Shown: positions 1-10,247 of the stretch, one piece after another
Numbering within the stretch: the stretch's first letter is position 1
How the letters are laid out: every line of letters begins with the position of its first letter
DNA from: Nannocystis bainbridge
Lineage (GTDB): Bacteria > Myxococcota_A > Polyangia > Nannocystales > Nannocystaceae
Reading direction: 5' to 3'
NCBI RefSeq assembly: GCF_028368995.1
Contig: NZ_JAQNDL010000003.1
Coordinates: 2,784,001-2,848,000, forward strand
Length of the DNA: 64,000 nt
Position numbers and translations under genes: made by a program
Notes under the pieces: generated by a model
The model's database searches: none
Told to the model about the DNA's origin: nothing
What the model saw: the letters and a program-made list of their open reading frames with translations, nothing else

Positions 1-2
1 CC

Positions 3-878
3 GCCGGCCTCGTCAACCTCGGCGACAAGTACTGGGAGGTCGCCGGCGCCCGCCCGTTCGCCGTCGAGTATTACATCTGGGCCCGCGCCTTCGACCCCGA
101 TCATCGGCGGGCCATCGAGCGCAGCGGCATGACCCCCGGCGCCTTCACCCTGTTTCAGGAGAAGGCCCGCAGCGGCAGCTGGTCGCTCGGCGAATTGCAG
201 GCCCTCGGACTCGTCAGCGCCCTCGCCGACGACGACGCCGAGCGCCGGCAGAAGCGCACCCTCGTCGCCCACCAGAGCGCCTCGCAGCTGTCGATCAGCC
301 AGCACCTCGACCTCGACGCCGGCCTCCGCGGCGCCGGCATCGAGCTGCCGCAGAAGCCCGCCGCCAAGCGCTCCGAGCCCGAGCCGCCGCCCGTCGAGCC
401 GCCGCCGCAGCCCGAGCCCGCACCTGTCCTCGAGGACAGCCCCGCCGAGATCGCCGACGCCCCACCCGTCGCCGACGTCGAGCGGCCGAAGAAGGCCACC
501 CTCAAGTCGAACCGCGACCCAGCCAAGGCCAAGCGGCTGGCCGACGACGGGGTCATCGCCCTCAAGGCCGGCCGGCGCAACGACGCCGAGAGCCTGTTCC
601 ACCAGGCCATCTTCTACGACAACCGCAACGCCCGCGCGCTGATGGGCCTGTCGGACATCTACTTCGACACCGGCGCCAAACAAAAGGCCGTGCAGTTCGC
701 CGAGCTCGCCGTCGAGGCCGCGCCGCAGTCGAAGTCGTACCACCTCAAGCTCGGCGACGCCTACTTCGTCGTCCTGCGCTACCGCGACGCCCTGACCCAT
801 TACGAAAAGGCGCGCGACCTCGGCGAGGACGGCGCTCAGGGCCGCATCGACAAGGTCAAGAAGCTGATCGCACCATGA
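3..878 (+). CDS. TPR-containing protein, 5'-truncated by the window edge (Pro-rich linker plus C-terminal TPRs; possibly the C-terminus of a Ser/Thr kinase)
   Basis: Frame is open from base 3 (AGLVNLGDKYWE...). PEPPPVEPPPQPEP linker. TPR-like helices (ARALMGLSDIYF, YHLKLGDAYF...ALTHYEKA). Stop overlaps the next ATG (ATGA). Confidence 0.75.
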   Translation, partial: AGLVNLGDKYWEVAGARPFAVEYYIWARAFDPDHRRAIERSGMTPGAFTLFQEKARSGSWSLGELQALGLVSALADDDAERRQKRTLVAHQSASQLSISQHLDLDAGLRGAGIELPQKPAAKRSEPEPPPVEPPPQPEPAPVLEDSPAEIADAPPVADVERPKKATLKSNRDPAKAKRLADDGVIALKAGRRNDAESLFHQAIFYDNRNARALMGLSDIYFDTGAKQKAVQFAELAVEAAPQSKSYHLKLGDAYFVVLRYRDALTHYEKARDLGEDGAQGRIDKVKKLIAP

Positions 879-2704
879 GCACCCCCGAGATCCTCGCCAC
901 CCAGGTCGACCTCTTCGGCCTCATGACGGTGCTCGGCGAGCACCTCTATTCGACCCCTTTCGTCGCCCTGCGCGAGCTGGTCCAGAACGCCCACGACTCG
1001 TGCGTGCGCCGCCGCCTCGAGGACCCCGCGCCGTTCACCCCCGAGATCCGCGTCACCTGCGATCCGGCCGCCGGCACCCTCTCCGTCAGCGACACCGGGG
1101 CCGGCCTCACGCGCGACGAGATCGTCCGCTACCTCGCCACCATCGGCGCCGGCTACACCCGCAAGCTGCGCGAGCAGCACGGCAGCGACGACCTGATCGG
1201 CCTGTTCGGCCTCGGCTTCCTCTCGGCCTTCGTCATCGCCACCCGCGTCGCCGTCACCACCTCCTCCTATCAATCGCCGGACACCACCCTCCTCTATCAA
1301 TCGCGCAGCGGCGAGCGCTTCAGCATCGAGCAGGCCCCCGCGCGGCAGGTCGGCACCACCGTCACCCTGCACCTCAAGGACAACTTCCGCGAGCTCGGCG
1401 ACGAATCGGCCCTGCGCGCCCGCCTGCTGCACTACTGCGCCCTCCTGCCGCTGCCCGTCTTCGTCGGCGACGACGAAGTCGCCGTCAACGCCCAGCCCGC
1501 CCCGTGGCGCGCCGGCGATGCGCACCCGGCCCGCGCCCGCGCCCTCCGCCTCGAATTCGCCCGCCGCCTCGAGCGCCGCTTCGAGCCGCTGTGCACCCTC
1601 GACGTCGGCCCGCGCGAGGGCACCGACGTCCGCGGCCTGTTGTGGATCCACGACGCCGCCACCTACGGCACCTCCGACAACCGCAACCTCCACGTCTACG
1701 TCCGCGGCATGCTGCTCGACGACGACGCGCGCGAGCTGTTGCCCCCATGGGCCGGCTTCGTCAGCGGCGCGATCGAGTCGGCCAAGCTGACCCCGACCGC
1801 CTCGCGCGAGGACCTCCAGCGCGACCCCGCCTATCGGGCCGTCGCCGCCGCGATCGCCGAGGCCCTCGTCGACGGCCTCAAGCACATCGCCGAGCACGAG
1901 CCCGAGGCCTGGCGCCGCGTCCTCCTCCGCCACAACGAGGCCCTGCTCGGCGCCGCCCTGTGCGACGACCGCTTGTTCGAATTGCTCGCCGACGAGCTCA
2001 CCGTCCCCACCAGCGAGGGTGACCTGCCCGTCGCCCTCGTCCAGCGGCGCGGCCAGGGCAAGCTGTACGCCAGCCTCAGCCCGCGCGGCGGCTTCGAGGA
2101 GGTCCTGTTCCGTGCTCTCCGCGTCCCCGTCGTCGTCGGCACCCGCTACGGCGCCCTCCCGTTCGCGCGTCGCCACGCCGAGCGCCGCGGCGGCGCCGTC
2201 ATCGAGCTCGGCACCGCCGCCGGCAACCGCCGCGTGTTCCCCCCGGCCGACCTCTCCGCCGACCAGCAAGCTTTCCTTTCGAACATGCTCACAAGGCCAG
2301 GTCAACGCCTGATCGCCGCCCGCTTCGCCCCCGCCGAGCTCCCGCTCGTGCTCGTGCCCGACCGCGAAGCCGAGCTCAAGCGCCGCGTCGAGAGCGACGA
2401 GGCCGCCGGCCGGATCGCCAGCGGCGCGCTCGGCCTCATGCGCATGTTCACCGCCAAGATCGACGCCAGCGTCGACGCCGACCTCTACGTCAACCTCGAC
2501 AACCCCGCGATCGCTCGCCTGCTCGAGCAGCGCGCCGGCATCGACGCCGGTCACCCCGGCGTCAAGCTCCTGCGCGCCCTCGTCGCCTTCGTCGCCGGCG
2601 CCAGCGAAGCCGCCGCCAACGAGGCCGACGGCCTCCACACCGCCCTCGCCGAGTACGGCCGCGCCGTCTGCGAGCTCCTCGACACCCCCCGCCCCGCACG
2701 CTAA
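875..2704 (+). CDS. HSP90/HtpG-like GHKL ATPase family protein
   Basis: GHKL motifs LRELVQNAHD, DTGAGL, IGLFGLGFLSAF, GTTV. Middle-domain motif LTPTASREDL. C-terminal LYVNLDNPAI. Confidence 0.9.
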   Translation: MSTPEILATQVDLFGLMTVLGEHLYSTPFVALRELVQNAHDSCVRRRLEDPAPFTPEIRVTCDPAAGTLSVSDTGAGLTRDEIVRYLATIGAGYTRKLREQHGSDDLIGLFGLGFLSAFVIATRVAVTTSSYQSPDTTLLYQSRSGERFSIEQAPARQVGTTVTLHLKDNFRELGDESALRARLLHYCALLPLPVFVGDDEVAVNAQPAPWRAGDAHPARARALRLEFARRLERRFEPLCTLDVGPREGTDVRGLLWIHDAATYGTSDNRNLHVYVRGMLLDDDARELLPPWAGFVSGAIESAKLTPTASREDLQRDPAYRAVAAAIAEALVDGLKHIAEHEPEAWRRVLLRHNEALLGAALCDDRLFELLADELTVPTSEGDLPVALVQRRGQGKLYASLSPRGGFEEVLFRALRVPVVVGTRYGALPFARRHAERRGGAVIELGTAAGNRRVFPPADLSADQQAFLSNMLTRPGQRLIAARFAPAELPLVLVPDREAELKRRVESDEAAGRIASGALGLMRMFTAKIDASVDADLYVNLDNPAIARLLEQRAGIDAGHPGVKLLRALVAFVAGASEAAANEADGLHTALAEYGRAVCELLDTPRPAR

Positions 2705-2719
2705 CCTGCGCAGCGGACG

Positions 2720-3394
2720 ATGCAGCCGCATCCGCAACAATCGCCGCGCAGCAGCGACGCCTGGACCGCGGACGACGCCAAGCCGAAGCGGCAGCCCAAG
2801 CCGGCGCCCACCAAGAAAAAGTCGTCCGCCAAGCAGACCGCCGCGAAGAAGACGACCCGCGGCAAGAAGCCGGCCTCGAGCAAGAAGAAGAAGTCGGCCG
2901 CCAAGCGATCGAGCAAGCCGACCGCGACCCAATCCCGCGGCGCCAAACAGCCCCAGGCGCCCCTCCCCGGGCAACTCTCGAGCAAGCCGGCCACCGAGCC
3001 CCGTCGCCCCCGCGAGGCGACCCAAGTCGCCGCTCTCGAGCACAAGCTCGGCGAGCTCGAACGCCAACTCGCCGAGCTCGAGCCGCTGCGTCGGCACCTG
3101 GAGAACCTCGAGCACCAGCTCGCCGAGCTCTCGACCCGCGTCGCCGAAATGTCCGCGGCTCGTGCCGAGCCGTCGCTCGGCGGTGGCGAAGAGATCCAAG
3201 AAGAAGACCCGTATCTCCGCTGGCTGGGGCATCCCTCCATCGAGCAGTACATCGGCCAGCACGTCGCGCTCCACGCCACGCGCGGCGTCGTCGCTCATGC
3301 CGACTCGGTCGCCGCCGTCGTCGAGTCGGTGCGCGCCCAGGGCATCCCTCTCGACGACGTGTGCCTTGCGACCGTCCCGGCGCTACCTTTTTAG
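2720..3394 (+). CDS. Lys-rich/coiled-coil protein with C-terminal DUF5678-like domain (start uncertain)
   Basis: Basic low-complexity N-terminus, heptad region LEHKLGELERQLAEL, C-terminal QYIGQHVALHATRGVVAHADS resembling DUF5678. Confidence 0.6.
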   Translation: MQPHPQQSPRSSDAWTADDAKPKRQPKPAPTKKKSSAKQTAAKKTTRGKKPASSKKKKSAAKRSSKPTATQSRGAKQPQAPLPGQLSSKPATEPRRPREATQVAALEHKLGELERQLAELEPLRRHLENLEHQLAELSTRVAEMSAARAEPSLGGGEEIQEEDPYLRWLGHPSIEQYIGQHVALHATRGVVAHADSVAAVVESVRAQGIPLDDVCLATVPALPF

Positions 3395-3404
3395 TTCTGC
3401 GCTC

Positions 3405-5993
3405 ATGGATCCCCGCCACGGTACCGCCCACCGGTTCACGACCCGTTCCTACGGCGGCTTCGGCCGCATCGCGCAGCCGCTGATCCGGGTCCGCTTGCGC
3501 CGGGACGCCTCTCGCGGCTGGTCCAGCGCCATCGAGGCGCTCGTCGATACTGGCGCCACCATCACGCTCGTGAGCAGCGACTTCCTCGCTGCCGTCCCCG
3601 ATCTCGGGCCGGCCATTTTCGGCCCCGAGTTGGCGTGGCAGACCGCCGTTCACGAGCGCGAGAGCTGCCGCGCCATCTCACTCGACCTGCAGCTCGGCCA
3701 CGAGCGCGACCACCCGTCGCTCGTGCTCGAGCGGGCTCACGTGTACGTCACCTCGAGCCGGCTCGTCGCCCCGATCCTGCTCGGCCAGCGCGGTGTGCTC
3801 GAGCGGGTCGGTCTCGTCCGGCGGATCCCCTCCGCCACTGTCGACGACCATCACGACCGCGTCGACGCCCTCGCTCCCGAGGCGCTCGCCCTCGCCAAGG
3901 CCGCGGGTCTCCCGTGGGTCGAGGTCTTCGTGCGTCACTGGCACCTGCAGAGCCGCGTCCTGCACCGCTGCCAGGGCGACATGGCCCTCCGCGAGGCTGT
4001 CGCCCTCGTCGACTACGCCCACGGCGAGGCTGCCCGCGGCTGTCCTCAGGCCGTGTGCACCGTGCAGGACCTCGCCGCCTGTTACTCCCAGGTCGACGGC
4101 CCCGGGTGGGCACGCGAGCGGGCCGACGTCTCGCGCGAGACCCTCGGTCGCATCGACCCCACCTGGCCCTGCTTCACCTGCATCAGCTGTGAGCACGCTG
4201 CCGCCTTGCGCGAGCAGGGCGACCCCCAAGCCGCCCTCGATTTCCTCGAAGCCCAGCAGAAGCAGCTCGTCGCTGTCGGCCAGGGGCGCGAGCGGACCTC
4301 GCTCCTGCCCGAGCGGATCTCCGACCTCATCTTGCTCGGCCGCATCGAAGAAGCCCTCGCCGTCTGCCAGGACGCCATCGCCAACGGTCGGCGCGACGAG
4401 GGACAGCGGCGGGCCCGGCAGATCGACCTCACGCGGATCTACGCCCGCCTCGGCCGCCGCGACGACGCCATCCGCCACCTGCCTGCCCTCGAGGACATCC
4501 TCCCCACCCCCAGCCATTACGAGCCCTACACCGACGCCCTCGTGCACCTGGTGAAGCTCGACGCCTGGCCCAACGACCTCGCCCTCGGTCGGCTGCTCCA
4601 GCGGTTTGTCGCCCGTCTCCGGCTCAACGGCTCCAACCGCCTCCCGTTCGACATCGCCGCCGCCGCCGCCCTCCTCGCCATCGAGCGCGGCAGTCCGGCC
4701 GTCGCCGCCCTCCACCTCGCCGCCATGGAGCGGTTCGCCGCTCGCCTCAACCGCCCTGCCGGCGCCCCCGAGCGCGTCGCCGCCCTTCGCCTGTCTCTCG
4801 AGACAGCCCTCGCCCAGCCGCGCCCTGACGGCTCCGGCGACACCGACGACCCCGAGCAGCTCCTGCGCCGCTGCCTCGACGCCGGCCCCGCGCCTGACCT
4901 CGAGCGAGCCCGGCATCACGCCCTGCTCTTGCTCGACCTCGGCTTCGCGCTCGAGGCCGCCGACCTGCTCGAGCGCCACGTCGACGCTCACCCTGACGAC
5001 GACGACGCCGTCGACCTCCTCGAGGCCGCCTATCGCCACGCCGAGGACGACGACCGTCACCGCGCCCTCGGCGAGCGCCTGCTCGCCAGCGACGACCCTG
5101 CCAGGCAGCGCCGCGGCCGGTGGGTCGCCGCGCGCCGGCACACCCGCGCGCGCGACTGGGACGCCGCCAATCGCCTGCTCGAGCGCCTCGCCGCCGACCC
5201 GGCCGACGCCCTCGCCGCTCGCCTCGCCCACGCCCGCAACGCCTACCAGCAGCGCGACTGGCCCACCCTCTTGCGGCTCCTCGACGAGGCCCTGCAGCTC
5301 CAGCCCGACCTCTCGCCCGGCGCCCACGACTGGGACCGCATGGTCGCCGCCACCCTGCTCGGCGCCTGGGATCGCGTGCGTCACAGCGCTGCTCGCCTCG
5401 ACATGCCGATCGACGGCGAGGGTCCCATCGACCAGCGCTGGGAGCTGTGCCGGATCCGCGTCGAACACCCCAGCGGCAAGCGGCAGGACCTTTTCGCCGC
5501 CCGCACCGGCCCCGTGACCGCGCGGATCCTCCAGGTCTCCCGCATCGACCAGCCGCAGCGCCTCTACGACCGCATCGTCTTCGACGCCGCCCCGGTCGGC
5601 GAGCAGGAGGGCGACGACCGCCCCGTCTACGTCTACGCCGAGGTCGAACCGCTGCAGCGCGCCGACTACCGCGCCTTCGCCATCGACGGCGCTCACCCTG
5701 GCGAGCCCGTGCTCACCGAGCTGCGGCAGGTCGTACAGGCCCACCGCGGCAGCTTGCAGGTCCAGAGCGGCGACGCTTACCGCCTCACCTCGCCCGCTGG
5801 CGACGAGCGGCCCGGCCTCTACGCCTTCACCGCCTTTGGCCCCGACACCGACCTCCGGATCGTCTCCGACGAGCTCGCCGCGGTCGTCGGTGCCCTCGAC
5901 GACCCGCTCGTATGGCCCGAGCTCGCCGCCGCTGCCGGGGACGAGACCCGCGCCGGACAGCACCGCGAGCTCGCCCGCGCCTGGGCGCTCTGA
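3405..5993 (+). CDS. Retropepsin-like aspartyl protease domain fused to HSP90-associated TPR protein
   Basis: ATG at 3405. ALVDTGATITLV and PILLGQ are retropepsin motifs. These are followed by PWVEVFVRHW, CPQAVCTVQDLAACY, RIDPTWPCFTCISCE and TPR helices. Confidence 0.8.
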   Translation: MDPRHGTAHRFTTRSYGGFGRIAQPLIRVRLRRDASRGWSSAIEALVDTGATITLVSSDFLAAVPDLGPAIFGPELAWQTAVHERESCRAISLDLQLGHERDHPSLVLERAHVYVTSSRLVAPILLGQRGVLERVGLVRRIPSATVDDHHDRVDALAPEALALAKAAGLPWVEVFVRHWHLQSRVLHRCQGDMALREAVALVDYAHGEAARGCPQAVCTVQDLAACYSQVDGPGWARERADVSRETLGRIDPTWPCFTCISCEHAAALREQGDPQAALDFLEAQQKQLVAVGQGRERTSLLPERISDLILLGRIEEALAVCQDAIANGRRDEGQRRARQIDLTRIYARLGRRDDAIRHLPALEDILPTPSHYEPYTDALVHLVKLDAWPNDLALGRLLQRFVARLRLNGSNRLPFDIAAAAALLAIERGSPAVAALHLAAMERFAARLNRPAGAPERVAALRLSLETALAQPRPDGSGDTDDPEQLLRRCLDAGPAPDLERARHHALLLLDLGFALEAADLLERHVDAHPDDDDAVDLLEAAYRHAEDDDRHRALGERLLASDDPARQRRGRWVAARRHTRARDWDAANRLLERLAADPADALAARLAHARNAYQQRDWPTLLRLLDEALQLQPDLSPGAHDWDRMVAATLLGAWDRVRHSAARLDMPIDGEGPIDQRWELCRIRVEHPSGKRQDLFAARTGPVTARILQVSRIDQPQRLYDRIVFDAAPVGEQEGDDRPVYVYAEVEPLQRADYRAFAIDGAHPGEPVLTELRQVVQAHRGSLQVQSGDAYRLTSPAGDERPGLYAFTAFGPDTDLRIVSDELAAVVGALDDPLVWPELAAAAGDETRAGQHRELARAWAL

Positions 5994-6288
5994 GCCGCGC
6001 CCTCGCGCGATCCTCTCGCGCGCTTCGCCCCGACACGCCACTTCTCGGCGCGAGCGTGCACACCGGCCAATGCTGCGACTCGTCGCGCGATCTCGCCGCG
6101 CGCGGATACGAGTCCTCATGCCATCGCCGTCGCCGTCCTGCGACGCCGATATGACGAATCTGCGGCCGCTGCCCGCTCGTCCCGCGCGAACCGTTGCGCG
6201 TCACCGCGAGCAGACCTCGGAGGATCTCGCCGGCGCCCGCGGGCCCTGGGCTATCATCCCTCCCTTCTCTCGCTCGATCGGTAGACTC

Positions 6289-8742
6289 ATGGCCCGCGCC
6301 TCACGAACTCGCCTCTCGCTCCTCTCCTCGTCCGTCCTGCTCGCGGCTGCCTGCGGCGACGATTCGCGCCTCGACACCGAGGGCGGCGCCGCCGGCACCC
6401 AGGGCACCCTGCCCATCACCATCGGTCCCACCGAGGCCACGGCGGGCAGCGACGGCACCGTCACCGGCGGCCCCACCGAGGGCGGCACTGGCACCGCCTC
6501 TGCCACCGCCACCGGCACCGACACGAGCGTGCCGACCAGCGGCACCGACAGCACTGCCAGCGACACCGGCAACACGACCTCCGGGACATGTTCCGAAGAC
6601 CAGCTGTGCAGCGGCGTCTGCTGCGGCGACGGCCAGCTGTGCGACAACGGCCAGTGCGTCGCCGACTGCGGCGGCCCGCCCCCTTGCGGCCAGGCCAAGG
6701 AGTGCTGCGGCGACGGCCAGCTGTGTTACCTCGGCGCCTGCGTCACCCCAGGGTCCGCCTGCAGCGACCAGGCCTGCGTCACCAAGCCGACCCAGGACAC
6801 CTGCGACGACGGCTTCATCTGCGACCCCAACCTCGGCCTTTGTCTGCCCAGCCAGGCCGACCCGACCTGCCAGTACATCCCGCCGGCCAACGTCTTCAAG
6901 CCGACCCCGCTGTTCACCTGGGGTCGTCGCAAGGTCATCGCGTGCAACGCCGACGTCGACTGTCAGGTCGCCGAGGTCTGCACCGACAAGGTGTGCACGC
7001 CGACCTGGAATCACCTGATCCCCCAGGACGACGACATGCCCAATCACTACCAGAGCTCGTCGATCCCGATCGTCGTCGACCTCAACGACGATTGCGTGCC
7101 CGAGGTCATCTTCAACACGTACACCGGCACCAATATCACCGCCGACGGCGTCCTGCGGGCCATCCGCGGCGACACCGGCGCCAAGCTGTGGACGGTCACC
7201 GACCCGATGTACCGCACCAACAGCACCTCCAACATCGCCGCCGGCGACATCGACATGGACGGCCGGGCCGAGATCGTCGCCAGCGGCGCCGGCAAGTACC
7301 TGGTCGCCATCGACAGCGACGGCACCCCGCTGTGGCGCTCCGAAAATTTCGCCGGCACCAACTCGAGCGGCTCGGTGGCGATCGCCAACATGGACAACGA
7401 CGGCCCGCCCGAGATCCTGTTCGGCCGCGCGATCTTCAGCAACACCGGCAAGCTGCTCTACGAGGGCCCCGGCAACCAGGGCCAGGGTATGAACGGCCAG
7501 GGCCCGATCTCCTGCGTCGCCGACCTCGACGGCGACAGCCGGCCCGAGCTCATCGGCGGGCGCACCGCCTACAAGACCACCGGCACCGTCGCCGGCGACG
7601 ACTTCGCCGGCAGCGTGCTGTGGACCTCCAACGTCGCCACCGACGGCTTCTGCGGCGTCGCCGACTTCGACGCCGACGGCAAGCCCGAGGTCGTGCTCGT
7701 CACCATGGGCACCCTCCGCGTCCTCAACGGCCAGACCGGCGTGCAGATCGCCACTGCCAACATTCCCCAGCAGGGCACCGGCGGCCCGCCCAACATCGCC
7801 GACTTCGACGGCGACGGCGTGCGCGACATCGGCGTCGCCGGGTCCGCGCGTTACACCGTGTTCCAGTTCAACGGCATGGCCCTCAGCCAGCTGTGGACCG
7901 CCGCCACCGAGGACGACAGCTCGCAGGTCACGGGCTCCTCCGTGTTCGACTTCGACGGCGACGGCCGGGCCGAGGTCGTCTACAACGACGAGGCTTACAT
8001 CCGCATCTACCCCGGCGTCGAGCCCGACTGCGCCATGAACCCGCCCGGCCCCGGCTGCAACAAGAACATGACCGACGCCGAGGTCCTGTTCCGCGACCGC
8101 AACTCCTCGCGCACGCGCACCGAGTACCCCGTGATCGCCGACGTCAACGGCGACTTCAAGGCCGACATCGTGTTCGCCACCAACAACGACAGCCAGGCCT
8201 CGATCGTCACCGACGCCGGCATCGAGGTCTTCAAGGATTCGCTCGACAACTGGGTCTCCACTCGCCCGGTGTGGAACCAGCACTCCTATCATATCACCAA
8301 TGTCGGCCTCGTCGGCGAGATCCCCACCGTCGAGGACAACAACTGGAGCTCCTTCAACAGCTACCGCAACAACGTCCAGGGCGCCGCCGACTTCTGCGCC
8401 CCCGACCTCGTCCCTTACGACCTGACCTTCGACGCCCAGGTCTGCGCCACCGGCCTCAAGCTCTCGGTGTGGGTCGCCAACCAGGGCTGCCTCGGCGTCG
8501 GTCCCGGCGTCAACGTCGCCTTCTACGAGGAGACCCTCGGCCTGCTCGGCGTCGTCAAGACCCAGGGCCCGCTGGTCGCCGGCGCCGCCGAGCAGGTCAC
8601 GATCGAGTACCCCGGCATCTTCGACTCCGTCAGCGTGTGGGCCGCCGCCGACGACGACGGCATGGGCAACGGCGTCCTCAACGAATGCGTCGAGGACAAC
8701 AACAGCTCGCCCATGGACAAGGTCTGCATCCCGCCGGGCTGA
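6289..8742 (+). CDS. FG-GAP/VCBS repeat lipoprotein with Cys-rich region and C-terminal CARDB-like domain
   Basis: Lipobox LLAAAC, Thr/Gly linker, multiple DxDxDG repeats (GDIDMDG, ADLDGDS, ADFDGDG), WNQHSYHITN, C-terminal ECVEDNN. Confidence 0.85.
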   Translation: MARASRTRLSLLSSSVLLAAACGDDSRLDTEGGAAGTQGTLPITIGPTEATAGSDGTVTGGPTEGGTGTASATATGTDTSVPTSGTDSTASDTGNTTSGTCSEDQLCSGVCCGDGQLCDNGQCVADCGGPPPCGQAKECCGDGQLCYLGACVTPGSACSDQACVTKPTQDTCDDGFICDPNLGLCLPSQADPTCQYIPPANVFKPTPLFTWGRRKVIACNADVDCQVAEVCTDKVCTPTWNHLIPQDDDMPNHYQSSSIPIVVDLNDDCVPEVIFNTYTGTNITADGVLRAIRGDTGAKLWTVTDPMYRTNSTSNIAAGDIDMDGRAEIVASGAGKYLVAIDSDGTPLWRSENFAGTNSSGSVAIANMDNDGPPEILFGRAIFSNTGKLLYEGPGNQGQGMNGQGPISCVADLDGDSRPELIGGRTAYKTTGTVAGDDFAGSVLWTSNVATDGFCGVADFDADGKPEVVLVTMGTLRVLNGQTGVQIATANIPQQGTGGPPNIADFDGDGVRDIGVAGSARYTVFQFNGMALSQLWTAATEDDSSQVTGSSVFDFDGDGRAEVVYNDEAYIRIYPGVEPDCAMNPPGPGCNKNMTDAEVLFRDRNSSRTRTEYPVIADVNGDFKADIVFATNNDSQASIVTDAGIEVFKDSLDNWVSTRPVWNQHSYHITNVGLVGEIPTVEDNNWSSFNSYRNNVQGAADFCAPDLVPYDLTFDAQVCATGLKLSVWVANQGCLGVGPGVNVAFYEETLGLLGVVKTQGPLVAGAAEQVTIEYPGIFDSVSVWAAADDDGMGNGVLNECVEDNNSSPMDKVCIPPG

Positions 8743-8821
8743 CCGATCCGCGCAAGTAGCCTCGGCGCCGACAGCGGCGCGATGCTGGCGACCCTCGACA
8801 CGACCACGGAGGCGACGCCGA

Positions 8822-10168
8822 TCAGGGCGGATCCGACACGCTCGGGTGCCGGGCCGCCGCCAGGGCCGCGCGGCAAGCCGCCAGCGCCCCGTCGCGCGCG
8901 TCGAACATGGCGAAGCGCTCGCGCGGCTGGACCGCGCCGACGATCAGCGTCGCGGCCATCACCTTGACCGGGTCGCCGCCGGCAAGCAGGGCGACGAAGA
9001 CCAGGTGGGGGTCGGCGAACAGCTGGACGATGTGGCGCCGGATCTCGGGGCCCGGCATGTTGGCCTCGTCGAGCTCGACGAGCAGGGTGTACGGCGCGCC
9101 GTCGCTGGTCAGGCGCGTCATCTCGGCGCGCATCACCTGGACGCTGAATTCGCTCGGCAGCGGGATCTCGTGGTAGCGGATCACCCCGGGCTCGAGCAGC
9201 GCGATCCGGGCGCGGATCGCCCCCACGTCGGCGATCCCGCGCGGGGCGGCGCCCGGGTCGAGCGCGCGCAGCAGGTCGGCCATGCTCGCGTGCCGTCGCC
9301 CGGGCTCGGGGTCGAGGCCGCGGACGATCGCCGCCTGCAGCCAGCCCGGCACATCGCTGTCCTCCGGGACAGGTCCGACGTCGCGCCCGCGGATCGCCCG
9401 CAGACGCGCCTGCAGGTCGCGCGACGGGAACGGCGGGGCGGCGTACAGCGCCTCGTACAGCGCGACGCAGAGCGCGAACTGATCCGCCGCCGGGCCGCCC
9501 GGGTCGCCGGCGAACAGCTCCGGGGCCATGTAGCCGGGGGTCCCGGCCAGCCCGCCCCCCGACGCCTCGCCGACCCGCCGCGCCAGGCCGAAGTCGGCCA
9601 CTCGCACCCCGCCGTCGCGCCCGATCAGCACGTTCTGCGGCTTGAAGTCGCGGTGGCACAGCCCGATCGCGTGCGCGGCCGCCAGCCCGCGCCCGGCCGC
9701 GAGGAACGTCTCGACGATCGCCGGCCACGGCCGCCGCGTGCCCGCGAGCCACTGCGCGAGCGTCTCGCCGTCGACGTGCTCCATCACCACGAACAGCCCG
9801 CCGCGGCCGTCCGGCAGGGTGTAGGTGCCGACATCGTGGACCGTGAGGACGTTCGGGTGCGACAGCCGGGCCATCGCCTGCGCCTCTCGCAGCAGCAGCT
9901 CCGGCGCGGCGGCCTCGCGGTCCTGGCGCATCAACTTGATCGCTACCCCACGCTCGAGCCGAGGATCGTGGGCGAGGTAGACCGCCCCGAACCCGCCGAC
10001 GCCGAGCAGCCGCTGCAGCTGGTAGTGCCCGAGCATCACCGGCCCGGCGGCGCCGAACATCCGCTCCTCGACGTGGCGCAGCAGCAGCGCCGCCTCGACC
10101 GGATCACCGTCGCCGAGGCCCGTCAGGGCGAGCCCTGTCGTCGTCGTCCCGGCGGTGGTCGGACCCAT
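8822..10168 (-). CDS. Ser/Thr protein kinase with C-terminal STAS/SEC14-like alpha/beta domain
   Basis: LGVGGFGAV, VAIK, HRDFKPQN, DFGLA, GTPGYMAPE, DQFALC. No obvious transmembrane segment. Start taken at MGPTTAG. Confidence 0.9.
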   Translation of the reverse strand: MGPTTAGTTTTGLALTGLGDGDPVEAALLLRHVEERMFGAAGPVMLGHYQLQRLLGVGGFGAVYLAHDPRLERGVAIKLMRQDREAAAPELLLREAQAMARLSHPNVLTVHDVGTYTLPDGRGGLFVVMEHVDGETLAQWLAGTRRPWPAIVETFLAAGRGLAAAHAIGLCHRDFKPQNVLIGRDGGVRVADFGLARRVGEASGGGLAGTPGYMAPELFAGDPGGPAADQFALCVALYEALYAAPPFPSRDLQARLRAIRGRDVGPVPEDSDVPGWLQAAIVRGLDPEPGRRHASMADLLRALDPGAAPRGIADVGAIRARIALLEPGVIRYHEIPLPSEFSVQVMRAEMTRLTSDGAPYTLLVELDEANMPGPEIRRHIVQLFADPHLVFVALLAGGDPVKVMAATLIVGAVQPRERFAMFDARDGALAACRAALAAARHPSVSDPP

Positions 10169-10247
10169 CGCGCCCAGCGTATCAATCTCCGGCGGCGCGG
10201 CCGACCCCGGCGCGCCGTAGAGATCGCGGTTTGCTAACCTCCGGCCC

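Noticed and set aside
836-3298. Long antisense and alternative-frame ORFs (e.g. 836-3298, 3678-6119, 31115-34078, 38183-40876, 5' part of 55800-59042)
   Set aside because: Shadow ORFs expected at very high GC. They are Arg/Ala/Gly/Pro-rich, carry no motifs and overlap well-supported genes.
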